Assembly: GCA_037439545.1 (NCBI GenBank)
Contig: JBBIVV010000001.1
Span: 64,001-128,000, forward strand
DNA length: 64,000 nucleotides
From: a bacterium
GTDB taxonomy: Bacteria > JAMCPX01
Reading direction: 5' to 3'
A program made the translations under genes and the position numbers. Under the pieces are notes generated by a model, which did not search any database, had not been told where the DNA came from, and worked only from the letters and a program-made list of their open reading frames with translations. This document shows, in pieces, positions 29,203 through 39,866 of the stretch. Numbering within the stretch: the stretch's first letter is position 1; each line of letters begins with the position of its first letter.

Positions 29203-30237
29203 ATGGCGGGATTGTTTGTAAGTTTATTTTCGAATGACTTGAGCATAGATCTCGGTACTGCCAATACGCTTGTCTACGTAAAGGGCAAAGGTATTGTCGC
29301 GAACGAGCCGTCCGTTGTCGCAATTTATACCGACAGCCATGGTGTAAAGAAAATACTTGCCGTCGGCAATGAAGCGAAGAAGATGCTCGGAAGGACACCG
29401 GGCAATATATCTGCGATAAGGCCTTTGAGGGAAGGTGTTATAGCTGATTTCTATGTTACCGAACAGATGCTCAAGTACTTTATCAGCAAGGCGCAAAACA
29501 ACCGTTATACGCTTATGAGGCCGAGGATCATTGTCTGTATTCCGCTGGGCCTTACGCCTGTCGAGAAAAAAGCCGTAAAAGAATCGGCGGAATCGGCAGG
29601 AGCTAAAGATGTTTTTCTTATCGAAGAGCCTATGGCTGCTGCAATTGGAGCAGGTCTTGATATAACAAAGCCATCCGGAAACATGATCGTAGACATCGGC
29701 GGCGGAACAACGGGTGTTGCCGTCATCTCATTGTCGGGTATTGTCTACTCCCGCTCAATAAAGATTGGCGGTGACAAGATGGATGATGCAATAGTTAATT
29801 ATATGAAAAAGAAATACAACATGCTCATAGGTGAATCGACGGCAGAGGGTATAAAGATATCGATCGGCAGCGCCTATCCTTTAAACACGCCGCTCAAGTT
29901 CGATGTCCGCGGCAGAGACCTTCTTACAGGCATACCGAAGATGCTTGAAATTACAGATGAAGAGGTGCGTGAGGCTCTCCAGGAGCCCCTTGAGTCCATC
30001 ATTGACGTTATAAAAGAGGCGCTGGAACATACGCCGCCGGAGCTTGCCGCTGATATAGTTGAAAAGGGCATCGTGCTGTCGGGCGGCGGTTCAATGCTCA
30101 GGAATCTCGATGTGCTTATTAGGGAGCACACCGCTTTGCCCGTTATAACTGTAGACGATCCCCTTACCAGTGTCGTTAAAGGGAGCGGCAAGGTACTCGA
30201 TGAACTTGCAAAACTCGGCAAGGTGCTGGTAACATAG
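29203..30237 (+). CDS. mreB: rod shape-determining protein MreB
   Basis: IDLGTANT, EPSVVA, EEPMAAAIGAG, DIGGGTT. Confidence 0.96.
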   Translation: MAGLFVSLFSNDLSIDLGTANTLVYVKGKGIVANEPSVVAIYTDSHGVKKILAVGNEAKKMLGRTPGNISAIRPLREGVIADFYVTEQMLKYFISKAQNNRYTLMRPRIIVCIPLGLTPVEKKAVKESAESAGAKDVFLIEEPMAAAIGAGLDITKPSGNMIVDIGGGTTGVAVISLSGIVYSRSIKIGGDKMDDAIVNYMKKKYNMLIGESTAEGIKISIGSAYPLNTPLKFDVRGRDLLTGIPKMLEITDEEVREALQEPLESIIDVIKEALEHTPPELAADIVEKGIVLSGGGSMLRNLDVLIREHTALPVITVDDPLTSVVKGSGKVLDELAKLGKVLVT

Positions 30238-30243
30238 TACAAA

Positions 30244-31071
30244 ATGTGGGACTGGCTTGTTAAGCATCACAGACATGTGATAGTACTGCTGATCCTGATC
30301 CTCACCTTTCAGCTTGCTTATTCCGACATCTTTTCCAGAGGACCGCTTGTCGGACCTTCGAAACTCATATTCGAAGGCGGAGCCGGGATAATGTCGGGCG
30401 TAGCCGGTGTTTTTAACGGTATACGAAAAACATGGAATAACTATATTGCACTTATCGATGTAAAAAAGGAAAACGTCGGGCTGAAAGACCAGGTGGCAAT
30501 GCTTCAAATGAAGTTAAAGCTGCTCCAGGATATAGAGATCAGGTACCAGAATATCTTAAACGTATTAAATCTTCCCCTGCCGCATAAGAATCTCTCTTAT
30601 GTAACCGCCATTGTTTCAGCAAGAGACATGAACAGCATATTCAAATCTATCATAGTCAACAAGGGTGAGCTCGACGGCATAAAGAAAGGCAACGGCGTCC
30701 TCTCCACCGCAGGTGTTGTCGGAAGGGTCGTGAAGTTGACACCGCATGCAGCCGAGATACTCCTGTTAACGGATGCAGACAGCTACATTGAAGGCATTGA
30801 TGAAAAGAGCAGGATACGGGGCATTGTCAATGGCGCAGGGTCGGACAAACTGAAATTTCTGTATATCCTTTCAGGCGATCCGATCAATGCCGGGGATAGT
30901 TTGATCACGGGCGGCAAGGACGGCGTGTTTCCCGAAGGGATCATGATAGGTACGGTAACAGGGATAAAAGGCAATCCCCAGGGCTGGTTGTTCAAAGATA
31001 TTTCTATAAAACCGTCGGTCGATATAAACAGGCTTAACTATGTCATGGTCATAACAGGGGAAAAACAGTGA
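30244..31071 (+). CDS. mreC: rod shape-determining protein MreC
   Basis: Coiled coil, NKG..DG, GVVGRV, GVFPEGI; operon position. Confidence 0.92.
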   Translation: MWDWLVKHHRHVIVLLILILTFQLAYSDIFSRGPLVGPSKLIFEGGAGIMSGVAGVFNGIRKTWNNYIALIDVKKENVGLKDQVAMLQMKLKLLQDIEIRYQNILNVLNLPLPHKNLSYVTAIVSARDMNSIFKSIIVNKGELDGIKKGNGVLSTAGVVGRVVKLTPHAAEILLLTDADSYIEGIDEKSRIRGIVNGAGSDKLKFLYILSGDPINAGDSLITGGKDGVFPEGIMIGTVTGIKGNPQGWLFKDISIKPSVDINRLNYVMVITGEKQ

Positions 31072-31565
31072 GATATCTATTCTGGATAACCGGTGTAACT
31101 GCGGCGGGAGCACTGCAGGGGATACTGAACAATTATATGCCCGTGTTTCTTGCTCCGAACCTATTCTTGATGTTTACCGTTTATATGACTTTTTACTACG
31201 GTTATTATACGGCGTTGCTCGGTATTATTTTTATGTCTTATATCAGCTCCGTGTTCAGCTACGGCAGTATCTGGTTTTATATGTTCTCTTATATAACCGT
31301 TTTTTACCTGTTAAATTTCTTTAAAAAGTTTTTTGACAGGAAACAGCTTGCGGCAATTATCGTTTTGTCCCTGATAACGACCCTGATCTACCCGCTCTTT
31401 GTACTTTTCCCTGCCGTGCTTTCAGAAAAAACTGTGTTATTTAAAGAGGCGTTCGATCTGAGCTTCATGCAGCTGCCCGGTAATGTTGCTGCTGCATACT
31501 TTATATTCAGGTATGCCCCCATTATGGATTACAAGTTTAAAGCACATATACAAATTGTGTCATAA
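31068..31565 (+). CDS. mreD: rod shape-determining protein MreD (putative)
   Basis: Hydrophobic 165-aa protein between mreC and mrdA. Confidence 0.7.
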   Translation: MRYLFWITGVTAAGALQGILNNYMPVFLAPNLFLMFTVYMTFYYGYYTALLGIIFMSYISSVFSYGSIWFYMFSYITVFYLLNFFKKFFDRKQLAAIIVLSLITTLIYPLFVLFPAVLSEKTVLFKEAFDLSFMQLPGNVAAAYFIFRYAPIMDYKFKAHIQIVS

Positions 31566-31579
31566 CGCCGGTACTCATT

Positions 31580-33400
31580 ATGAATTTTAATGACGAATTC
31601 AATGCATACGATCCGGAAGCTCTGGAAACCGGGAGGGTATACCGGATACTATTTGTTATCATGAGCCTGCTCGTGGCTGTTATTATCGTCAGACTCTGGT
31701 ATCTTCAGATATATAAGGGCTCGCAACTGGAATATTATTCACAAAACAATCATTTGCGCAGGATAGATATTATTGCGCCGAGGGGCAAGCTCTATGACAG
31801 GAACGGCCTATTGCTTGCAGATAACAATGTCAGCTATTCTTTATACATTACGCCGCCGGAATTTAAATATACTGAAAAGGAAAGGCTTTCACAGATCGTA
31901 GATATAAAGGTGAAAGATCTGGATGCGAAGCTGTCTGTATGGGACGGATTTTCCTACACTCCGTTGCTCATAGATCCCTACCTTTCATGGGAGCAAGTCT
32001 CACAGATACTTGCCGATAAGCCGTTTCTGCCCGGTGTAGCGGTACAATGGCAGACCAAGAGGTTTTATCTCGACGGGAAGGGAATGTCACACGTGCTGGG
32101 ATATGTGAGGGAGATAGGTGAAGAAGAACTCGATGCGCTGAACAAAAAATACCCGGACAGGTATGTGAGCGGTGACTTCATCGGTAAATACGGTATAGAA
32201 AAGACGTATGAAAATGATCTAAGCGGCAAGGATGGAGCAATTGTTAAGCTTGTAGACGCATCCGGCAAAGAGATAAGAACATACACCTATATAGATCCTG
32301 TTCAGGGGGAATCCATATCATTGACCATAGATGCCAGGCTGCAGGATTATACCTCGGGTCTTATGCAGGGGTATGTCGGTTGCGCGGTCGCAATGGATCC
32401 GGCTACGGGAGCGATACTCGCAATGGTGAGTGAGCCTTCATTTGACATAAATAATTTTTCATCCTACCTGACCCCTGCCGAATGGAGCAGTGTAGCCAAT
32501 AATCCGGATCATCCGCTTGAAAACAAATGCATCCAGGGTATGTTTGCGCCCGGTTCGACCTACAAGCCCGTTTTGGCCATAGCCGGACTGAACGAGCGTG
32601 TCATCAGTCCGGAGAAGACAATCTCTGACCCCGGATATTTTGTCGTCGGCAACAGGGTATATCACGACTGGAAAAAGGGGGGGCATGGTATAGTGGATAT
32701 GCACAAAGCGATAGTCCAGTCATGCGATACCTATTTCTACAGACTCGGCACATTGCTCGGCGTAGATACAATAGCAAAATATGCGAGGCTTCTTGGACTT
32801 GGAAAGCCTACGGGCATTGATCTGTCGTCTGAGAAACCGGGACTTGTCCCTACTTCGGAATGGAAGGAGCAAACATTTCATGAACCGTGGTATCCTGGAG
32901 ATACACCGCCGATTGCAATAGGTCAGGGGTATGATCTTGTTACGCCTTTGCAGCTGCTTGTTGCGTATTCTGCGATAGCAAACGGCGGCAGCATAATGAG
33001 ACCGCATGTTCTGCTTTATCCGACAGCGACCACCCAGGACTACATTGTATCAAAGTTAGGAGTAAACGGACAAATACTCGATGTTATCAGAAAAGGCTTG
33101 CTGGGTGTTGTGAACGAACCTCATGGCACGGCTCCGGGTGCACGGCTTAAGGATATACAGGTAGCAGGTAAAACAGGTACGGCACAGGTTATAAAAGAAG
33201 GCGCCTTCAGGAATATACCTGAGTCAAAAATCCCTGTGATGTACAGGGACAACGCATGGTTTGTGGCCTTTGCACCCTATAAATCGCCGCGCATAGCTGT
33301 TGTCGTACTTGTGGAGCACGGAGGACACGGAGGTTTTGCAAGCGCTCCAATAGCAAAAAATATGATAAATTTCTATCTTCAGGGGGATAAACTGCAATGA
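31580..33400 (+). CDS. mrdA: penicillin-binding protein 2
   Basis: APRGKLYDRNG, PGSTYK (SxxK), SCD, KTGTAQ. Confidence 0.95.
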   Translation: MNFNDEFNAYDPEALETGRVYRILFVIMSLLVAVIIVRLWYLQIYKGSQLEYYSQNNHLRRIDIIAPRGKLYDRNGLLLADNNVSYSLYITPPEFKYTEKERLSQIVDIKVKDLDAKLSVWDGFSYTPLLIDPYLSWEQVSQILADKPFLPGVAVQWQTKRFYLDGKGMSHVLGYVREIGEEELDALNKKYPDRYVSGDFIGKYGIEKTYENDLSGKDGAIVKLVDASGKEIRTYTYIDPVQGESISLTIDARLQDYTSGLMQGYVGCAVAMDPATGAILAMVSEPSFDINNFSSYLTPAEWSSVANNPDHPLENKCIQGMFAPGSTYKPVLAIAGLNERVISPEKTISDPGYFVVGNRVYHDWKKGGHGIVDMHKAIVQSCDTYFYRLGTLLGVDTIAKYARLLGLGKPTGIDLSSEKPGLVPTSEWKEQTFHEPWYPGDTPPIAIGQGYDLVTPLQLLVAYSAIANGGSIMRPHVLLYPTATTQDYIVSKLGVNGQILDVIRKGLLGVVNEPHGTAPGARLKDIQVAGKTGTAQVIKEGAFRNIPESKIPVMYRDNAWFVAFAPYKSPRIAVVVLVEHGGHGGFASAPIAKNMINFYLQGDKLQ

Positions 33401-34494
33401 GCAGGAAAACATCTTTACTGGACTATAATCTGCTTTTGCCTTTCGGACTCTTGATGATCATAGGGATCCTGAATTTGTACAGTGCGACAAGAGGCATGCA
33501 CGGCACGACAGATCTTTTTGAAAGGCAGTTATTGTGGTTCGGTATCGGCATCCCTGTTATGTTTTTCTTCGCATACATAGACTACAGGATGCTGAAAAAG
33601 CTTTCGTTCATACTGTATATCTTAACGCTCATGCTCATTGTCCTTACCGTCATTAAGGGCAGGACGGCATACGGCGCACAGAGATGGCTTTCACTCGGCA
33701 TCTTTTCCTTCCAGCCTTCGGAACTTGCAAAGTTTTCAATGATGCTTATCCTTGCAAACTATTTCGATGATCACTGGTTGGAACAGGGGTTTTCCCTGAG
33801 ACAGCTCTTGATGCCCCTTGTCTATGTAATTATACCGGCAGCATTAATCCTGAAACAGCCTGATCTCGGCACTGCCATTATCGTGATACTGATCAGTATT
33901 TCCATAGTATTGTTTTGCAGGGTGAAGCTCAGGACATTCCTTTTATTCCTGTTTGCATTCATAATAATAATGCCTGTTGGCTGGCACTTTATGAAAGGTT
34001 ATCAGAAGGCAAGAATTCTTGCTTTTGCCGATCCGTACAAAGACCCGCTTGGTTCAGGGTATCACTTACTCCAGTCAAGGATAGCAGTCGGTTCCGGAAA
34101 GCTCACCGGTGTAGGCTATCTTAAAGGTACGCAGAGCCATCTCAACTTCCTGCCTGAAAGTCACACGGATTTCATCTTTTCAGTGCTTGCAGAGGAGTGG
34201 GGCTTTGCAGGCTCGATTGTAGTCGTCGCATTATTCACTTTTATATTTATTGAAGGTTTCACTATATCGAGATATGCAAAGGACAGGTTCGGTGTCATAC
34301 TCGCATTCGGCATTACGATGTCGCTGTTTCTGCAATTTTTCATAAATATAGGCATGAGTACGGGCATACTGCCGGTCGTAGGCATAACGCTTCCTTTTAT
34401 GAGTTATGGAGGCACGTCATTGCTTATATTCATGGCTGAGATCGGCATACTGCTGAGCATCGATATAAGAAGATTCAGATTTGAGGAGATATAA
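33397..34494 (+). CDS. rodA: rod shape-determining protein RodA
   Basis: GAQRW, QPSELAK, QPDLGT, LPESHTDFIF, LPFMSYGG. Confidence 0.95.
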   Translation: MSRKTSLLDYNLLLPFGLLMIIGILNLYSATRGMHGTTDLFERQLLWFGIGIPVMFFFAYIDYRMLKKLSFILYILTLMLIVLTVIKGRTAYGAQRWLSLGIFSFQPSELAKFSMMLILANYFDDHWLEQGFSLRQLLMPLVYVIIPAALILKQPDLGTAIIVILISISIVLFCRVKLRTFLLFLFAFIIIMPVGWHFMKGYQKARILAFADPYKDPLGSGYHLLQSRIAVGSGKLTGVGYLKGTQSHLNFLPESHTDFIFSVLAEEWGFAGSIVVVALFTFIFIEGFTISRYAKDRFGVILAFGITMSLFLQFFINIGMSTGILPVVGITLPFMSYGGTSLLIFMAEIGILLSIDIRRFRFEEI

Positions 34495-34495
34495 T

Positions 34496-35929
34496 ATGAG
34501 AAACAAACCGATAGTAGAGGAAAAGGTTATTTTCGATCGTAAAAATAACGGGGACGCATTCCGGCGCATTCCTGCAAAAGATATTCCCGACAGGTACATC
34601 CGGCAGGATATCGAAGGTATGCCCGATGCAGCCGAACCCGAGGTTGTGAGGCATTTTACGAGGCTCTCTTATATGAACCATAACCTCGATGCCGGAATGT
34701 ATCCTCTTGGCTCATGCACCATGAAGTATAATCCAAAGGTCATGGAGGAGGCGGCAGGGAATAAAGGTTTCTCGATGCTTCACCCCATGACACCGCACAC
34801 AATGACTCAGGGTATTCTCGAGCTGATGTATGGCATCGAGCACTACCTTAAGACAGTGACCGGTATGGACAGTTTTTCGCTGCAGCTTGCAGCAGGTGCA
34901 CACGGGGAACTTGCCGGTATGCTCATTGCGGCAAAATATCACAGGATAAATAAGACCGGTAAACATACAATACTCATACCCGATACAGCCCACGGCACCA
35001 ATCCGGCAAGCGCTGCAATGGCAGGGTTCAAGGTTACGAACATACCTTCGGGCAGTCACGGCATGATTGAGGCCGGCATGCTGAAACAGTTTATAAATGA
35101 AGATACTGCGGGCATTATGCTCACCATTCCGAATACACTCGGCATTTTCGAAGAACAGATCGCGGGCATTGCAAAACTCATCCATGATGCAGGCGGCATT
35201 GTTTATGTCGACGGGGCAAATTTCAATGCACTTCTCGGTAAAGCGAGGTACAGCGATATGGGAGTCGACATTGTCCATTTGAACCTCCATAAAACATTTG
35301 CAACACCGCATGGGAGCGGCGGACCGGGTGCAGGCGTAATAGGCGTAGTTCCCCGGTTGAAAGAATTCCTGCCGGTACCCGTGGTCGAAAAGAAAAAAAG
35401 CAAGTTCACGATGAAGTATGATCTGAAGCATACCATAGGCAGAATGGTAAGCTTTTACGGTAATGCCGGTATTCTTGTGAGGGCATATACCTATATGCGT
35501 ATGCTCGGCATCCGTGAGGCAGGGCAGGTCGCAGAGACTGCAACACTCAATGCAAATTATATAAGGCTGATGTTGAAAGATTATTTCAATCTGCCTTACA
35601 GTACGCCGACCCTTCATGAGGTCGTATTTAATGATTCACTGCAGAACGCCCATGGTGTCAAAACTATCGATATGGCAAAACGGCTTCTTGATTATGGTTT
35701 TCATCCTCCCACTATTTATTTCCCGTTGATAGTCCACGGGGCGATCATGATAGAACCTACAGAAACAGAGTCGAAAGACGAGATGGACAGGTTTATAGCT
35801 GCCATGAAATCCATTGCAGAAGAGGTCAGGAACGACCCGAAGCTCGTAATTGACGCTCCGCTTACAACGCCCGTCAAAAGGGTCGATGAGGTCAAGGCTG
35901 CACGGGAACAGAAGCTGCGGTATAGTTGA
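34496..35929 (+). CDS. gcvPB: glycine dehydrogenase (decarboxylating) subunit 2
   Basis: YPLGSCTMKYNP, AHGTNPASA, HLNLHKTFATPHG, IEPTETES. Confidence 0.95.
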   Translation: MRNKPIVEEKVIFDRKNNGDAFRRIPAKDIPDRYIRQDIEGMPDAAEPEVVRHFTRLSYMNHNLDAGMYPLGSCTMKYNPKVMEEAAGNKGFSMLHPMTPHTMTQGILELMYGIEHYLKTVTGMDSFSLQLAAGAHGELAGMLIAAKYHRINKTGKHTILIPDTAHGTNPASAAMAGFKVTNIPSGSHGMIEAGMLKQFINEDTAGIMLTIPNTLGIFEEQIAGIAKLIHDAGGIVYVDGANFNALLGKARYSDMGVDIVHLNLHKTFATPHGSGGPGAGVIGVVPRLKEFLPVPVVEKKKSKFTMKYDLKHTIGRMVSFYGNAGILVRAYTYMRMLGIREAGQVAETATLNANYIRLMLKDYFNLPYSTPTLHEVVFNDSLQNAHGVKTIDMAKRLLDYGFHPPTIYFPLIVHGAIMIEPTETESKDEMDRFIAAMKSIAEEVRNDPKLVIDAPLTTPVKRVDEVKAAREQKLRYS

Positions 35930-35977
35930 AAATTGGGGTTAAGAGAAGGGAGACTGGCTCAGCAGACTTCCGGCAGC

Positions 35978-36622
35978 TTACATGCCCATCGGCAGTTTTG
36001 ACTGCTTGTTAAAGAATTTTCTCAGGAATGTTTTTCTGTGAAGAGGGCAGGGGCCGTATTTTTCAAGCGCTGCCATGTGTTCCTTTGTCCCGTAGCCTTT
36101 GTGTTTCTCGAACCCGTATTCAGGGTATTGATTTGCATATATTTCCATAATACCGTCTCTGTAAATTTTTGCTACTACAGAGGCTGCGGCTATGCTCAGG
36201 TGAAGCTTGTCTCCATCGATGATTGTTTTCTGCGGCAGGCCGGTGTGAATCTCCATATTCCCGTCGATAAGTACAATGTCAACAGTATGATTCAACATCG
36301 ATAGTGCCTGCTCCATTGCCTGCCGTGTCGCATTCCTTATGTTGATCTTATCGATCGTCTGATGATCGACAATACCGATACCGTAAGATATCGATTGCTG
36401 TATCAGAAAATCATAAGCCTTGATTCTTGCGGCAGGAGAAAGAAGCTTGGAATCTTTTATCAGGTCGGACACAAGATTATCCGGGATAACAATTGCACAT
36501 GCAACCACAGGTCCTGCAAGCGGGCCCCTTCCTACCTCGTCTATGCCTGCGATACGAGAGTAAAGGTTGTCTTTGACTATAGTATTTAATGCTGCATCTT
36601 TACTCTTCATCGCCTGATTCAT
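35978..36622 (-). CDS. rnhB: ribonuclease HII
   Basis: GIDEVGRGPLAGPV, DSKLL, SIAAASVVAK, HKGYGT. Confidence 0.95.
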   Translation of the reverse strand: MNQAMKSKDAALNTIVKDNLYSRIAGIDEVGRGPLAGPVVACAIVIPDNLVSDLIKDSKLLSPAARIKAYDFLIQQSISYGIGIVDHQTIDKINIRNATRQAMEQALSMLNHTVDIVLIDGNMEIHTGLPQKTIIDGDKLHLSIAAASVVAKIYRDGIMEIYANQYPEYGFEKHKGYGTKEHMAALEKYGPCPLHRKTFLRKFFNKQSKLPMGM

Positions 36623-37214
36623 TCAGTAGTCCGGCTGTTTCAAGAGGAAGGACTGTCTGGTTTTTCTCGAGCTCTTCTTCTGCTGAACTCATCTGTTTCA
36701 GGTCCTGAAGGTTCGGAAGTGCCGAAATGTCTTTGAGACTAAACACCTCGAGGAATTCCTGCGTCGTTCCGTAAACAAGCGGCCTGCCCGGCAATTCCTT
36801 CTTGCCGACAATCTTTATAAGTCTCCTGTCGAGCAAAGTCTTTATTACTCCGCCGCTGTCGACGCCCCTGACATAGTCAATCTCAGCGCGTGTGATTGGC
36901 TGCCGATAGGCTATGATGGACAAGGTCTCTGTTGCAGGCACAGACAATTTCGATGGCTTTACGATATTCAATCTTTTTACCCATTCCGAGAGCTGTGATT
37001 TTGTCCTGAATTGCCATCCTTCTGCAACCTCGACAAGTTCGATGCCTCTGTTTTCCGGACTGTAGTTCGTCCTCAGTTCTTCAACGAGTCCGTCAATTTT
37101 TATCTCGCCTAAATCGATAATGGACAAAACCTGCTCGATATACTTTATCTTCAGCGGTCTGTCCGATGCAAAAATAAGTGCTTCGATTATTGCAATGAGT
37201 TTTTCTTTTTCCAT
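36600..37214 (-). CDS. scpB: SMC-Scp complex subunit ScpB
   Basis: IEALIFAS, ETLSIIAYRQPITRAEI, GRPLVYGTT. Confidence 0.95.
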   Translation of the reverse strand: MEKEKLIAIIEALIFASDRPLKIKYIEQVLSIIDLGEIKIDGLVEELRTNYSPENRGIELVEVAEGWQFRTKSQLSEWVKRLNIVKPSKLSVPATETLSIIAYRQPITRAEIDYVRGVDSGGVIKTLLDRRLIKIVGKKELPGRPLVYGTTQEFLEVFSLKDISALPNLQDLKQMSSAEEELEKNQTVLPLETAGLLNESGDEE

Positions 37215-37265
37215 GAAGACGTATCTCCTCCCGTCATTTTTATTAATCCCTTGTTCCGTGTCCGG

Positions 37266-37985
37266 CTATTCTGACACATAAAGCCATATTTCCCCAAACG
37301 GCTGCCTTTGCTCGCATCGTAACATCCTGAGCCTTAAAAGTTCAAGGATTGCAAGTATGGTTATGACGATGTCCATTCTTGTGCAGTCTTCGGGCAGCAG
37401 CGTGCCGAAGACTATGCTTTTGGCGATACTTATACGTTCCATGATATCATTTATTCTCTGTGCAACACTGACCTTTTCTACGGTCATATAAGCGATCTTC
37501 CCGCCTTTAGCCCTGTCAAGGATCGCCTTGAATGCAACAAACAGGTCGTACACGTCGGCCTCTATATTCAGCGATGCGTCATCGGATTGAATTTCTTCCT
37601 GAATACCTTTTATGAAGGTATCCCTGTACAGTATGTCCCTGTTGTTTAACTGGATACCGGCATCTTTGTAGCGCTGGTATTCAAGGAGCCTGTTGGTAAG
37701 TTCGAGCCTCGGGTCATAGAACTCCTCCTCATTCTCAACCGGTGTCGGGATAAGCATCCGCGCCTTTATCTCAAGCAATGTAGCGGCCATGACTAAAAAT
37801 TCTGATGCAAGCTCGACATCCAGTTCGTGCATGAGATTGAGGTAAGCGATATACTGTTCGGTTATGAATGATATGGGGACATCGTAGATATCGAGCTCAT
37901 TCTTCCTTATCAGGAAGAGCAGGAGGTCGAGAGGACCTTCGAATACCTCTAACTTAACTTTATAGTTTTCCTGTACTAAAGTCAT
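37266..37985 (-). CDS. scpA: segregation/condensation protein ScpA
   Basis: FEGPLDLLL, EFLVMAATL. Confidence 0.95.
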   Translation of the reverse strand: MTLVQENYKVKLEVFEGPLDLLLFLIRKNELDIYDVPISFITEQYIAYLNLMHELDVELASEFLVMAATLLEIKARMLIPTPVENEEEFYDPRLELTNRLLEYQRYKDAGIQLNNRDILYRDTFIKGIQEEIQSDDASLNIEADVYDLFVAFKAILDRAKGGKIAYMTVEKVSVAQRINDIMERISIAKSIVFGTLLPEDCTRMDIVITILAILELLRLRMLRCEQRQPFGEIWLYVSE

Positions 37986-38964
37986 ACATGATCCTCACTG
38001 CTTTTTTTACCTCTTGCATGGCTGCTGAGGCAAACGATTCCGCCTTTTTATTGCCTTTCTCTATAATTTCTTTGAGCACATGGGGCTGTTGCAGCAGTTT
38101 TTCCCTTTTTTCACGGATCGGTGCGAGCAGGGTGTTGATTTCACCTATAACTACCTTTTTACAATCGACGCACCCGATGCCCGCTGTCCTGCAGCCTGTA
38201 TCTATCTCTTTGAGTTTGTCCGGCGGTGTGTGCAGTTTATGAAGGTCGTAAACAGGACAGAGATCCGGATTCCCCTTGTCCGTCCTTCTTATTCTATGCG
38301 GATCCGTAACCATTGCAAGTATTTTTTTTGAAATGACCTCGGGCGGATCGGACAGGTAGAGGCAATTGTCGTAACTCTTGCTCATCTTCCTTCCATCGGT
38401 ACCCGGTACCTTAGGAGATGTCGTCAAAAGCGGCTGGGGTTCGGGGAACACGGGCTTGAACAGGTGATTGAAACGCCGTGCAATCTCCCGTGTAAACTCA
38501 AGGTGCGGTATCTGGTCTTCGCCTATCGGGACCTTGTGTGCCTTGTAAATCAGAATATCGGATGCCATTAGCAGTGGATAGCCGAGAAAACCATAGGTGT
38601 GGAGGTCTGTATTCTGGGCCTCATCGAGTTTTTCCTTATAACTCGGCACACGCTCCAGCCAGCCGAGAGGCGTTATCATGGAAAGTATCGTATGGAGTTC
38701 GGCATGCTGTGGAACGTATGATTGTACGAATATGGTCGCTTTTGCAGGATCGACGCCGGCTGCGATCCAGTCCGCCAGCATCTGTATGACGCTCGATTCT
38801 ATGTCTTCTGTCTTTGCATAATTTGTTGTCAGGGCGTGCAGATCGGCTACAAAAAAATAGCAATCATATTCGTCCTGAAGTTTTATAAAATTGGTCAGTA
38901 CACCGTGATAATGCCCGAGGTGAATCTTACCCGTCGGTCTTAAACCGCTTAGTATTCTCTCCAT
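37960..38964 (-). CDS. trpS: tryptophan--tRNA ligase
   Basis: SGLRPTGKIHLGH, KMSKS; start moved to MERILSG. Confidence 0.96.
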   Translation of the reverse strand: MERILSGLRPTGKIHLGHYHGVLTNFIKLQDEYDCYFFVADLHALTTNYAKTEDIESSVIQMLADWIAAGVDPAKATIFVQSYVPQHAELHTILSMITPLGWLERVPSYKEKLDEAQNTDLHTYGFLGYPLLMASDILIYKAHKVPIGEDQIPHLEFTREIARRFNHLFKPVFPEPQPLLTTSPKVPGTDGRKMSKSYDNCLYLSDPPEVISKKILAMVTDPHRIRRTDKGNPDLCPVYDLHKLHTPPDKLKEIDTGCRTAGIGCVDCKKVVIGEINTLLAPIREKREKLLQQPHVLKEIIEKGNKKAESFASAAMQEVKKAVRIMYDFSTGKL

Positions 38965-38972
38965 ATTTTCCC

Positions 38973-39662
38973 CTATGATCCCAATAACATATTGAGCAGA
39001 CCCAATAAATGAAAAAGTGAGCTGCCTGAAAACAGATATGAGAGGAGGTTTGCCGGCAGCCATATTAACAGGGTAATGATTTTTATGGGCGTAAAGCTGT
39101 CGAGCACAAACAATACAAGCAGGATAATCATGCCGTATTTCTCGAGCCATGCGAATTTCTCTTCCATACGGGGCGGCAACAAACCGAACAATACCTTTGA
39201 GCCGTCAAGGGGCGGTATCGGTATGAGATTGAATAACCCGAGTGCAAGATTGATCTGCAGCGTGAGTATGAGTATCGCATACAGGGATGAAGTCAACAGA
39301 TCGGACATATTCAATATGCCGAACATCGCTGTAACCCTTATAATGAGCCCGGCTATGAGTGCAAGGGTAAAATTTGCACCCGGTCCTGCAAGTGATATCC
39401 ATAGCATATCCTTCTTGGGATTGTTGAGATTGTAAGGGTTTATCATTACGGGTTTTGCCCAGCCAAAATGCGCTATAAAAAGCATAAGCGTGCCTATCGG
39501 ATCGAGATGTGCGATAGGATTAAGAGTCAACCTGCCTGTGGCCCTTGCAGTAGGGTCGCCATACCTGTCGGCTGTCCAGCCATGCGCGACTTCATGCACG
39601 GTTAAGGAGAACAGAATGACAGGTATGAGTAAAATAAACTCTTTTAAGCTTGCCGTATCCAT
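38973..39662 (-). CDS. site-2 protease family (M50) protein
   Basis: HEVAH, AGPGAN, FNLIPIPPLDG. Confidence 0.92.
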   Translation of the reverse strand: MDTASLKEFILLIPVILFSLTVHEVAHGWTADRYGDPTARATGRLTLNPIAHLDPIGTLMLFIAHFGWAKPVMINPYNLNNPKKDMLWISLAGPGANFTLALIAGLIIRVTAMFGILNMSDLLTSSLYAILILTLQINLALGLFNLIPIPPLDGSKVLFGLLPPRMEEKFAWLEKYGMIILLVLFVLDSFTPIKIITLLIWLPANLLSYLFSGSSLFHLLGLLNMLLGS

Positions 39663-39741
39663 TTGAATTTTTTAATGTAATAACACGTATGCGTAACTGT
39701 CAATGATTTATTTATTGTTTGTTAATAAAATTGAATGACCA

Positions 39742-39866
39742 TGCTATCCTGCGAGAGGACGGATCTCCTCCACAAGCGGAGGTCAGCCTCAGGCTGAAAA
39801 TAGCGGGAGGGCACGGGGCGCCAAAGCGCCAGATCGGGCGAGCGTCCCGACCAATCGCCCTGCTAC
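39742..39866. repeat. GC-rich cluster of short palindromes (REP-like or structured RNA)
   Basis: CCTCC/GGAGG, TCAGCCT/AGGCTGA, GGCGC/GCGCC and TCGGG/CCCGA hairpins in tandem. Confidence 0.5.
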
